Positions 8,882 through 17,665 of a DNA stretch of 64,000 bases are shown here, one piece after another (position 1 is the first letter of the stretch; each line of letters starts with the position of its first letter). This DNA is from Coraliomargaritaceae bacterium (GTDB lineage: Bacteria; Verrucomicrobiota; Verrucomicrobiia; Opitutales; Coraliomargaritaceae): assembly GCA_965656495.1 (NCBI GenBank), contig CBFHKU010000001.1, forward strand, positions 306,781 through 370,780, in the 5' to 3' direction. Below the pieces are notes generated by a model, which worked only from the letters and a program-made list of their open reading frames with translations, ran no database searches and was not told the origin of the DNA. Position numbers and translations under genes: made by a program.

Positions 8882-9421
8882 CTGTTTAGAGAATGTCTCG
8901 TAGGTTAGGCAAGAACCGAATCCAAAAAGACTATAGCTCATGAAAATTAGAATGATACAAAATGCCCTTAGCCTATCACCCCACTTCTCTTTGTCGGAGG
9001 TATATGCGCTCTGGCAAAGATAAGCTCCTCCTGTTGCTGTGGTCGCAGACAATACGCCGAAAACGTATAATTCCAAGGAGTTTGCGAGTAGTGAGTAATC
9101 ACCCTTAACATTCCCTAAAAATGTCAAACAGGCAACAGCAGCACCTCCATTGATGAGTATAGCACTTCTTAATGCTAAGCCACTCAACGTGATGGTGGCA
9201 TTAAGCATTACTCTGTCGGTTTCTCTATTTTCCTTCCAGTTCTCTAGATCTGATTTGTGATTTAATTCAACACAAAGCCTATCTGATTCGTTTTCTTCTG
9301 CTACGAAACGTTTGTATAGCTTCCGAAGGGTATCGATCATGAAGTCGATTTTAACTGCTCCAGAGCCTTCCTTTTTCTTTTCTTTTAGGAGGTCTGCTAA
9401 CTGTTTGATGTCTTCGCTCAT
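8840..9421 (-). CDS. cassette membrane protein (charged N-terminal half, 3 predicted TM helices)
   Basis: 193-aa ORF in the first cassette; hydrophobic segments in the C-terminal half; stop inside the attC. Confidence 0.7.
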   Translation of the reverse strand: MSEDIKQLADLLKEKKKEGSGAVKIDFMIDTLRKLYKRFVAEENESDRLCVELNHKSDLENWKENRETDRVMLNATITLSGLALRSAILINGGAAVACLTFLGNVKGDYSLLANSLELYVFGVLSATTATGGAYLCQSAYTSDKEKWGDRLRAFCIILIFMSYSLFGFGSCLTYETFSKQSQPVEIAQHLGCA

Positions 9422-9618
9422 ATTCTTTTAGCTAAACAGTTATTATCAGGTTTTCAGATAACCACAAAAAAATTGATAGTTCAAACTAAAACCCTACTAG
9501 AGAATGGGTTATATGCTTGACGGATATCATGCACCCACTGCCCGCAAAACTACTTGCCGGCTAGCGTGGGCGTCTCAATGAGGCTGATGTCGGAGCGGGT
9601 CAATAACCGCACTAACTT

Positions 9619-9683
9619 GAGTGATTATCGCCAACAAACTCGATAAGTATTTATACGAAACCCAATGTGCCCTCACGCCCTAA
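9619..9683 (+). repeat. right copy of 65-bp direct repeat (displaced 3' end of the oxidoreductase gene)
   Basis: Encodes [20 protein letters not shown] versus [20 protein letters not shown] at 3014..3076. Confidence 0.92.
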
Positions 9684-9690
9684 ATATTAA

Positions 9691-10206
9691 TTAGGGGGCA
9701 TCGGGTATTTTAAAACGGAGCTGCCGGTCACGGAGTTGAAGTTTGGGGGCGGCGAAACTGCTCTTACTGGGCGCACAGGCAGGCAAGCCGAGCAATAGGT
9801 TGCGCGTGTTTTGGTCAATATCCCAGGGGCTTTGGTTGCTTAACTGACTGAAGTAACTCGTTGTGATCAACTTAAATTTGATTTCCTTCATAATCACGCT
9901 GAGTGCTTCTCTTAGGGCTTTGACATCGGAAGACTCCTGCCTCTCCGTTGGTTGAATGGCCTGAAAGGCAAACCAAGAGGGGAGTTCATTGAGGTAATCC
10001 AGTTCGGAGTAAGTTGGAAATAAACGGTATACAATTTCTGAGATGTGTAGATCATCATTTGCGCTGGGCAAGAAACGCACAGGAGTTTGCTCAAGAGAGA
10101 AACCGACTTTGGGTGGTTGCTGGATTTGGGCTCTGAGTGGGGGAATAAAAAATGGACTGAGCGCAAGGCACGCAATTAGGTTAATCTTTAATAAGTAAAT
10201 ATACAT
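9691..10206 (-). CDS. hypothetical secreted protein
   Basis: 171-aa ORF with a signal-peptide-like N-terminus, downstream of a very AT-rich upstream region. Confidence 0.5.
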   Translation of the reverse strand: MYIYLLKINLIACLALSPFFIPPLRAQIQQPPKVGFSLEQTPVRFLPSANDDLHISEIVYRLFPTYSELDYLNELPSWFAFQAIQPTERQESSDVKALREALSVIMKEIKFKLITTSYFSQLSNQSPWDIDQNTRNLLLGLPACAPSKSSFAAPKLQLRDRQLRFKIPDAP

Positions 10207-10357
10207 GGCCGTACAGGGTGTTAGGCCATTATTTTAATCACATATACTAAAAAAACACTAATACATAAGTAATAAAACAAATATAATGGGTTTATAAACT
10301 TATATATATAAACTTATTAATTTTTTATTAATATAAATCAAAGTGAGTAGTCGGTAC

Positions 10358-10384
10358 AAAAAAAGCCGCTGCATGTGGAGCGGC
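10358..10384 (-). terminator. intrinsic terminator
   Basis: Minus strand GCCGCT-ccacatgc-AGCGGC followed by T7. Confidence 0.6.
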
Positions 10385-10654
10385 AAAATGCGAGTTACTG
10401 CATATAGATTTGCAAACATTACCTTGATCTCAAATCCACAGAAGAGGCCGACCAGTTTTGGCTGATCCTCCCCGTGTGCAGCAACCTAACAAAGCTCGAA
10501 AAGAGGGAAGGGCGGTTTGAGGCGGTTAATTACGACGATTGATTACGTGGTAAATCGCTCCCGGATATTTCACTGGTGACCGACGCGCAATTTCCAGAGA
10601 TTCAAATAAATCATTGGGCTGACCCTTTTGGCTCAGGTTCGGCCCCAGTCCTTC

Positions 10655-11230
10655 TCAAAGCTCCCAGCCCATTTCCTCTGCAACACACTCTGCAAAACGA
10701 GGCAGTGTTCGACCCAAGTCCGCAAGAGCACGTTGAGGGCTTATATCACGGCTTTCCGCGATTTCGTGGATACGATTGGTGACGAGTTGCGGGCTGAGTT
10801 CGTAAAGCGTTGCCAAATAGGCCTGAGGATGAACCGCTTCTATGCCCCATACGGTGAGCACGGAAGAGGGGAAGTCTTTCAAATTAAAGGTGCAGATATG
10901 CTGTGCCTGTCCTTTAATCGTCGCAGCCAATACGTGCCGGTCGTCCTCGTCTGGCATTTCTAGAACTGGTATTAAAGGTTCGTATCCGGTTATGATTGCC
11001 TCCGGGAAGTTCCGAGTCACTTCGTTTTGCCAGTGTTGCGCCAGTTCCAAGGGCCAAGGTCGTTTAAGGCGCTCAGTGTGAACGGTGTAAACCTCCCGCA
11101 TAATGTCTGCAGACATCACAGGTGAATAGAGCCGCGGATACTCTGCTAAACGCAACAAGAGGTCACAAACAGCTTGGTTGGCGAGAACATTGGCGTCCAG
11201 ACAGACTCGAAAATCGGCTCGCAGTGACAT
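10655..11230 (-). CDS. PIN domain protein (PIN_3 type), putative toxin
   Basis: VCLDANVL, PDEDDRHVLAA and TFNLKDFP motifs. Confidence 0.88.
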   Translation of the reverse strand: MSLRADFRVCLDANVLANQAVCDLLLRLAEYPRLYSPVMSADIMREVYTVHTERLKRPWPLELAQHWQNEVTRNFPEAIITGYEPLIPVLEMPDEDDRHVLAATIKGQAQHICTFNLKDFPSSVLTVWGIEAVHPQAYLATLYELSPQLVTNRIHEIAESRDISPQRALADLGRTLPRFAECVAEEMGWEL

Positions 11231-11233
11231 GTT

Positions 11234-11689
11234 TTAGTCTCCTGTGTAGTCAGAGTCATATAAACCCGCCTCCTGAACTTTCTTTGTGAGTGCATCCAAT
11301 GTTTTACGACGGGCGGTATCGCGCAATCTCTCATATGTCCGTAAGTCGCTCATATATATTCGGCGATGACTCCCGACGTAGTGGAAAGGGATTTTCTCCT
11401 CTACCAGCAGCTTCACGAGATAAGGGCGAGATACACCGAGATAGTTGGCGGCAGCTTGCGTTGTGAGCACTTCGTTCTCGGCCAAAACTACCACAGATTG
11501 GCCCTTCAACATTGCACGGACAATCTGTGTAAGGTGGTGAAGTAGTGGCTCTGGAAACTGGATATGTGCTCCCTCGCGTCCAAGTAGGACTGGACGTTCG
11601 TCTCCGTTAATTACATCATTGAGCTTAGCCAGCAATTCGCGGTCATGCGCCGACATTGCGGCGATTTGTTTTGTAGCAGTATCTGTCAT
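11234..11689 (-). CDS. excisionase-family (HTH_17) DNA-binding protein, putative antitoxin
   Basis: LTTQAAANYLGVSRPYLVKLL...IPFHYVGSHRRI; lies 3 nt upstream of the PIN gene. Confidence 0.88.
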   Translation of the reverse strand: MTDTATKQIAAMSAHDRELLAKLNDVINGDERPVLLGREGAHIQFPEPLLHHLTQIVRAMLKGQSVVVLAENEVLTTQAAANYLGVSRPYLVKLLVEEKIPFHYVGSHRRIYMSDLRTYERLRDTARRKTLDALTKKVQEAGLYDSDYTGD

Positions 11690-11725
11690 AATAAACGAAA
11701 TAAACAAAATAAACGTAATTAATGC
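11690..11725. promoter_or_regulatory. 9-bp direct repeat array, putative operator
   Basis: AATAAACGA AATAAACAA AATAAACGT AATTAATGC abutting the start codon of the HTH_17 gene. Confidence 0.55.
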
Positions 11726-12023
11726 AAGCCCAACTTCAAGGTCACCGCAAATTTCTCGTTTTCAGCTTCGCAACCGCCAATGGCCCCCTGCATGGATGAT
11801 TTAAAACTAATAACATCCCAATTGCAGATTGGCCCCTTCCCTTTAAGCCTCTACAAAATTCTCTAAACCTAATTTTTGCTACAGGGTGGTACGGCAAAAA
11901 CTTCACGCTTGGGCCGACAGGATTGTTGCGCCATCTGCGCATTTTCCGGGCGGAACATCTGTTCCTGAAAATGCTGCGTTAAACCTGCTGGTTCGCAGGT
12001 TCAAAATGGTAGTCGCGGTACAC

Positions 12024-12049
12024 AAAAAAGCCCCTCGGGATGGAGGAGC
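12024..12049 (-). terminator. intrinsic terminator after tRNA-Pro
   Basis: Minus strand GCTCCTC-catccc-GAGGGGC followed by T6. Confidence 0.65.
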
Positions 12050-12060
12050 AAAAGTGTTCA

Positions 12061-12142
<82 letters not shown>

Positions 12143-12295
12143 TGAAAGGGTGCACATTTGGGAATCAAGCCCATCGGGTCAAGCGAATAGAGTATGGAAT
12201 GCTCTGAGTAGATTTATGGTTTTCAAATTCGCTGTGTTTATTGACTTCGAGATTCGGGTTTAGCAAAACCATGTCATCTTTCATGGAAGCTTTGA

Positions 12296-14083
12296 TTAGG
12301 GATTGAGTTGCGCTTCGAGTTGATAAAAACGTCGGTTGGTAGTTTCAGTGGATTCATCCCGCACCGTGACGTTGATTCCACTGGCAGTGTTTGTTTCGGT
12401 GATGGTTGCACTGCCACTCCATGAACCGTTGGCGGAACGAGTCGCAATGGTAATCCAATCGCCGATGTCCAGGTTCGTTCTCATTTTTACAGTGACGATA
12501 AGGTTGGCTGAGGCATCGTTATCAACGGCGAAACTAAATTCCGGTTTGTCATTGATGTTTAGGCTCGGCAATTCGGTGGCAGGAACCTCTGACTGCCCAG
12601 GGTTCAAGCCCAGCAGGTACTCGATGCCGTTTTTGATTCCGTCAGCCTCGAGATCACCAGAGAAGGCGGCATTTGTGTTAACATCAGGAGTGACGCCGGA
12701 TTGGGAAAAAATCCAAAGTTCATAGGGTTCGGCAAGACTGATATTTGCGGTAGCGAGCGGGTCGCCTATCACGACGGTTTGCCAGGATATTTGCTGAATG
12801 GAGGCCCAAGCTGCCTCCACAAAGGTGAAGCCTTGGTTTAGGAAACGGTCGAGAAAGATTTGGCTTCTGGAGATACCGAAGGTGAGGGGTTCCCATACCG
12901 GGCCCGTGGCAAAAGTCCCACCGGAGTCGAACCACTCTTCTACTTGTCCTTGGCTGCTGTTAGATAAACCTCCCAGGCCTTTAGCTCCAAAACTTTCATA
13001 GGCAGAAAAAGCGGCACCGGGCACCAATTGGCCTGCGTAAGTTAAAAGGTAGTCGCGTTGGCTACCGCCACTGTGATTGACTCCATAGCTATGCAAATAT
13101 GCCACAGGGCCGGTGATCACTTGAGTGGGGGTGTATGGGATGCTGGATGCGTTGCCGACTAGAAAGGTGCTGTTATTATTCCAAGTGGTTTGCTCCCAAG
13201 TAGATATCATTGAATTATAGGCGTTAGAGTAGTCATTGGAATCCAAGTTTGAAGCCCCATCGCTGTCGAATAAGAGGGCATCAATATCGCGCCGGAACTG
13301 AATGTCTTGAGCGCGATCGATCATATCCTTGACCGTCTGTAGCGTGTCCGCATCAAGCCTGGCGGTCAGATAGATATGGCCGGCATTTGCGATGCCTCTC
13401 TGCGAGCCAGCGCCAAAAGTATTGTATAAACGCCACCAAGAAACAGGAGGGTCGGTTGAAACTTGAAGGGTGAAAAAATTGCGTCGGTTGCTGGTGATTC
13501 TTGAACGTGAGTAACTACTGAAGGGGCTCGTATCATTGTAATACGGATTATATACAGGGTTGTCGGCAAATGAATCGTAAGCGCCATTGTTTTCGCCGTC
13601 ATTTAAATCGAACTGGAGTAGGGTTAGCTCTGAATCCACGGATGCAAAATTGGCCTTGCCCTGAATATACAGATTTAGTGACGCATTGGCATTATCGCCA
13701 ACGTTGGGATTTGCAGGATCAAGACCCTGAATGCGGTGCGGAAGGTTCTTCGTGAGCACCAAAACCTGCACGGTTTGCTCTAAATTATTGTTGTTTAAAT
13801 GATTCCGTATCGGGTCGCGGATTTTTTGAGCAAAGTCTGCATAGCTTATGTTGCCGGGACCAAGGCTTGCATCATTGAGGTCAAAACTTAAAACACCGCT
13901 CCGCTTGCTTTGATAGTAATTCTTGATCTCAAGACTCGTAGTATCCGGAGAGTTGTAGATGACTAAAACATTGCCGGGTTGAATGGCTGCAAGGGAGCTA
14001 ACAGCGAGTGCTGTGACAGGTATACCAAACCTGTATGCTTTCCTAAAAATACGTGCGGTTGTTAGTGTACAAAAGATTAGCAT
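12296..14083 (-). CDS. TIGR03790-family-like exported protein
   Basis: NVLVIYNS...IKNYYQSKR, ASVDSELTLL, ARLDA, GGTFATGPVWEP, SWQTVVIGDPL; C-terminal DGIKNGIEYLLGLNP...RRFYQL tail. Start uncertain. Confidence 0.75.
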   Translation of the reverse strand: MLIFCTLTTARIFRKAYRFGIPVTALAVSSLAAIQPGNVLVIYNSPDTTSLEIKNYYQSKRSGVLSFDLNDASLGPGNISYADFAQKIRDPIRNHLNNNNLEQTVQVLVLTKNLPHRIQGLDPANPNVGDNANASLNLYIQGKANFASVDSELTLLQFDLNDGENNGAYDSFADNPVYNPYYNDTSPFSSYSRSRITSNRRNFFTLQVSTDPPVSWWRLYNTFGAGSQRGIANAGHIYLTARLDADTLQTVKDMIDRAQDIQFRRDIDALLFDSDGASNLDSNDYSNAYNSMISTWEQTTWNNNSTFLVGNASSIPYTPTQVITGPVAYLHSYGVNHSGGSQRDYLLTYAGQLVPGAAFSAYESFGAKGLGGLSNSSQGQVEEWFDSGGTFATGPVWEPLTFGISRSQIFLDRFLNQGFTFVEAAWASIQQISWQTVVIGDPLATANISLAEPYELWIFSQSGVTPDVNTNAAFSGDLEADGIKNGIEYLLGLNPGQSEVPATELPSLNINDKPEFSFAVDNDASANLIVTVKMRTNLDIGDWITIATRSANGSWSGSATITETNTASGINVTVRDESTETTNRRFYQLEAQLNP

Positions 14084-14124
14084 GTAATGGGAAGAGCTTA
14101 AATCCCCATCGCCAGAGAACGCTG

Positions 14125-14790
14125 CTACCTCCGGCTTGCGAGGAGGTAGAGGAGCCAACCGAGACTGGAGACGAATGCGGCGACATAAGTATATGCGGCG
14201 GCGTCGAGGGTGCGGTTGACCCCTTCCAGTTCGTCGCGTTCCACGATCCCGAGATCCACGAGTTGCAGCTTGGCGCGTTTGCTGGCGTCAAACTCGACGG
14301 GGAGGGTAACGAGTTGGAAGATCGTCAGCACGAGGTAAACCCCGATGCCGAGATTCAGGAGGAGCGGGCCGAATCCGCCAAAGAAGAAGCCCCCGAACAT
14401 AACGACCGGGAGGAGTTGGGAGGCAAAACTGGTGACTGGGACGAGTGCCATGCGGAGATTGAGGGGGGCGTAAGCCTGCTTGTGCTGGATGGCGTGCCCG
14501 GCTTCGTGGGCGGCGACTCCAAGGGCGGCGAGGCTGGTGCCACGGTAGTTGTCCTGGCTCAAAGCGAGGCGTTTGTGGGTGGGGTCGTAGTGATCGGTGA
14601 GGGTGCCGTGGCACTCGACGATCTCAACATCATGGATGCCGGCATTGCGCATGACAGCGGCGGCGGCTTCGCGCCCGGTGATGCGACCACGGGAGGGCAC
14701 CTGCACGTATTTACCGTAAGCGCTTTTTACTTTCATCTGGGCCCAAAAACCCACAGCGAGCGGGACAATAATTAAAATTAGAAAATTCAT
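14125..14790 (-). CDS. membrane zinc metallopeptidase, YugP family
   Basis: LTDHYDP, AAHEAGHAIQH, TLPVEFDASKRA and AAAYTYVAA motifs. Confidence 0.92.
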   Translation of the reverse strand: MNFLILIIVPLAVGFWAQMKVKSAYGKYVQVPSRGRITGREAAAAVMRNAGIHDVEIVECHGTLTDHYDPTHKRLALSQDNYRGTSLAALGVAAHEAGHAIQHKQAYAPLNLRMALVPVTSFASQLLPVVMFGGFFFGGFGPLLLNLGIGVYLVLTIFQLVTLPVEFDASKRAKLQLVDLGIVERDELEGVNRTLDAAAYTYVAAFVSSLGWLLYLLASRR

Positions 14791-14892
14791 TTAAACTTTG
14801 TTAGATTATGAGTGTCAGTATGAGAATGGGTTCCATTTCGTTGGAAAGTTATTGTAACGGTAAGGAAACTGCAAAATATATCTATTAATATT

Positions 14893-15381
14893 ATGACTAA
14901 AAAAGCAATTTTTCTATTCATGGGCGCGGTTTTTTCCTGCCTGCCACTGTTTTCATTTGGGGCGACCGATGCCGGCAAGGTGATGGCGCATGGCGCAGGC
15001 CTCGCATGGGAAACGGACTTTAAGGCAGCGCAAGCCAAGGCAAAAGCAAGCGGCAAGCCGATGCTCCTCGACTTTACCGGATCGGATTGGTGCGGCTGGT
15101 GCATTCGTCTCGACAAAGAAGTTTTCGACCAACCGGAATTTGCGGCCTTCGCCTCCAAAGCGCTGGTTTTAGTGGAATTGGATTTCCCGCGCGGGAAGTC
15201 GCAACCCGAGGCCATTAAAAAACAAAATGAAGCCCTCGCGAAGCAATACGGGGTGCGTGGATTCCCGACCATCATTTTGCTTTCGCCGGAAGGAGAACTG
15301 CTCGGGCAAACGGGTTACCAAAAAGGTGGAGCCGCTAAATATGTGGCGCACTTGAAGGAATTACTCGCGGGCAAACTGTAG
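14893..15381 (+). CDS. periplasmic thioredoxin-fold protein
   Basis: Signal peptide; FTGSDWCGWC; GFPT. Confidence 0.9.
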   Translation: MTKKAIFLFMGAVFSCLPLFSFGATDAGKVMAHGAGLAWETDFKAAQAKAKASGKPMLLDFTGSDWCGWCIRLDKEVFDQPEFAAFASKALVLVELDFPRGKSQPEAIKKQNEALAKQYGVRGFPTIILLSPEGELLGQTGYQKGGAAKYVAHLKELLAGKL

Positions 15382-15389
15382 CGCTGGCT

Positions 15390-16265
15390 TTACGCCTCGG
15401 GGCTTTCATCGAGCCCGGACCACCAACCTTCACTGGCTCGCAGGCTTTCGGGGCTTTGTCCCGCCTCGCGCAATTCCCGCAAGCTGAGGGAGTGGTGTCG
15501 CTTGGCGAGCCGTTGTCCTGCTTGATCGACCACCAGCGGGGCGTGGTAAAAATTGGGGGCGGGGCATTGCAGGGCTTCGTAAAGGAGGAGCTGGCGGGCG
15601 GTTGAAATAAGGAGGTCTTCGCCGCGCACCACTTCTGTTATTTGCATGGCAGCATCGTCCACCACCACCGCGAGTTCGTAGGAAGGGACGCCATCCTTGC
15701 GCCAGATCAGGAAATCTCCAAAATCGCGGAGGCTTTCAAAGGCGCAGGGCCCGAGGCGCAAATCGTCAAAATTGAGGGTGCGGTGATCCGGGACACGGAA
15801 ACGCCAGTTGTAGGCGCCCGGTTCATTGAGGTTTTTTCCGGTTCCCGGGGCCGGGCGCCAATGTTCGGGGTAAAGGGGCTCGCGCTCGTCCTCGGCATGG
15901 GGCGCCTCGCTCGCACGGGCGACATCCCGGCGCGATTTCTCGCAGGGGTAAATGAAGCCGCCATCTTTAAGTTTTTTCCAAGCTTCGAGAAAGAGGGCGG
16001 AGCGCTCGCTTTGACGGTAAGGGCCAAAGGAACCGCCGCAGTCCGGCCCCTCCTGCCATTGGCAGCCAAACCATTGAAGATCTTCGATCGCGCTTTTGGC
16101 GTATTCAGCGCGGCAACGCTGCGGGTCGAGGTCCTCCTCGCGATAGAGGAGTTCCCCGCCGGCCTCCGCGGCGCGTTCCATTGCGATCCAGAAAGTGCGG
16201 GCGTGACCCAGATGCAAGTAGCCTGTGGGGGTGGGTGCAATACGGCCTCGGTAAGTTTTGTTCAT
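15390..16265 (-). CDS. gluQ: tRNA glutamyl-Q(34) synthetase GluQRS
   Basis: GRIAPTPTGYLHLGH, YELAVVVDD, VVRGEDL, RLAKRH; no anticodon-binding domain. Confidence 0.92.
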   Translation of the reverse strand: MNKTYRGRIAPTPTGYLHLGHARTFWIAMERAAEAGGELLYREEDLDPQRCRAEYAKSAIEDLQWFGCQWQEGPDCGGSFGPYRQSERSALFLEAWKKLKDGGFIYPCEKSRRDVARASEAPHAEDEREPLYPEHWRPAPGTGKNLNEPGAYNWRFRVPDHRTLNFDDLRLGPCAFESLRDFGDFLIWRKDGVPSYELAVVVDDAAMQITEVVRGEDLLISTARQLLLYEALQCPAPNFYHAPLVVDQAGQRLAKRHHSLSLRELREAGQSPESLRASEGWWSGLDESPEA

Positions 16266-16274
16266 AGCTGCCGC

Positions 16275-17510
16275 TCATTTGCCTATACCGATATTGATAT
16301 CAGTCTGAATTTCATTGGCTTTTTCGATCGCGGGAATCGCAATGGCGGCTCCAAAGCCCAGCGGCACGATGCCTAAGAGTTGTTTGGGTGAGAAACTACC
16401 ATATTGCTCAAATAGGATGTTTCCATCGGCAATGGTGGATGCACTGGCATAGGGTTTGTAGAAATCACCCACGAGGCGCTCAATGGCTACTTCAATTACC
16501 GGAATGAAAGGGGCTGTCTCCATGTCTTGCTTCAGCGCAGGGCCAATCAATGTCATTATATCGAAGCCGTTGCTGTATTCATAGAGCAGGGCTTTAGGGG
16601 GGAGCTGTGCTGAAAACTCTTTGAAATTTTTCGTATCGGCAAGACTGGGCTGCCCCTCACCTGCAATCCAGGTAGGGTCGGTGTAGAGGACCAGATCACC
16701 TGATTCAGTGGATTTTGCGAAGAGTGAAAACTGACTCGCTTTTAAGAGTGGCGAGAAATCCGCCACGATTTGCTGGCCTTCTTCGGAAAATGTTACCGGC
16801 AGATCCAAAGCTTTCAGTTCCTTAACCAGGAAACCGGCTTCGGAGACCTGCAAGTAAAAATCCACTTTGGGAGTGTTTGGATCCGCTAGAGAAAAACGAT
16901 AAAACCCATCCCATCGGGTGCTGAGAGTAGCGATTAGCTTTTGCAGGGTCACCGCTTCGCCGAGGACGGGCTTTTGCAACTGGCTTTGCATTAACATTTG
17001 ACCCACCGGACCCAATGTTTGCACAAAGAGGGCTTCCACCGTTTCGCTTAGCGCCAGCCAATTCAGGGTACCACTGAATGCTCCGTTTGCATCGGCAGGA
17101 GCCATTTCGGCGGCTTTGAAGGACATTGGTTGAGCTTCTGCTAAGAAATAAAATTTCAAGAGCCCTTCTGGCGCACCATTCATCATTAATGCGGCGCGGT
17201 TTCGGAGTAAGCCGGATCTCAACTCTTTTGAGCTCAAGCCCCATGATTCAACCGTCGCAAAACCCAGATTCTTGAAGAGGAGATCGTAATCGATGGGTAA
17301 TATCGCCTTGCCGGGCGCTACTTTTTGCAGGGCCTTATAGATGGCATCCAGATCGTCTGCGATCTCTTTTCCGTCACCCTCAAAGTCAATATAAGCTAAT
17401 AGCGATCCATCCCTGTCGAGATACTTGGATGTCGATTCAAAGGATGCCCCTGATAGAATTAAGGGGCTGAGAAGAACTAATAAGAAAACAATTAGCGATG
17501 GACTTTTCAT
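16275..17510 (-). CDS. hypothetical exported protein
   Basis: Long ORF with a signal peptide and a hydrophobic C-terminal AAIAIPA segment. Confidence 0.7.
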   Translation of the reverse strand: MKSPSLIVFLLVLLSPLILSGASFESTSKYLDRDGSLLAYIDFEGDGKEIADDLDAIYKALQKVAPGKAILPIDYDLLFKNLGFATVESWGLSSKELRSGLLRNRAALMMNGAPEGLLKFYFLAEAQPMSFKAAEMAPADANGAFSGTLNWLALSETVEALFVQTLGPVGQMLMQSQLQKPVLGEAVTLQKLIATLSTRWDGFYRFSLADPNTPKVDFYLQVSEAGFLVKELKALDLPVTFSEEGQQIVADFSPLLKASQFSLFAKSTESGDLVLYTDPTWIAGEGQPSLADTKNFKEFSAQLPPKALLYEYSNGFDIMTLIGPALKQDMETAPFIPVIEVAIERLVGDFYKPYASASTIADGNILFEQYGSFSPKQLLGIVPLGFGAAIAIPAIEKANEIQTDINIGIGK

Positions 17511-17665
17511 AGTTAGCGCCATTTTGCCCAAAGCTTACTGACTGTCAAACCGTAGCTGGAAGGCTTTTTGCTTTCTCCTTGATCTCCAGCAAGAAAGCGT
17601 ATCTGTTATAGGGTTTTCAGGACCCGGGTGATGAAAAGGCCGGGCGTTTCAACACCCTCATACAT

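Larger units (their letters stand above)
3145..9437 (-). mobile_element. integron gene-cassette array lacking an integrase (CALIN)
   Basis: Five complete attC hairpins plus one half site. The R' core of each site matches the inverse core of the next cassette, and most cassette ORFs start 10-20 nt after the GTT. Confidence 0.9.
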
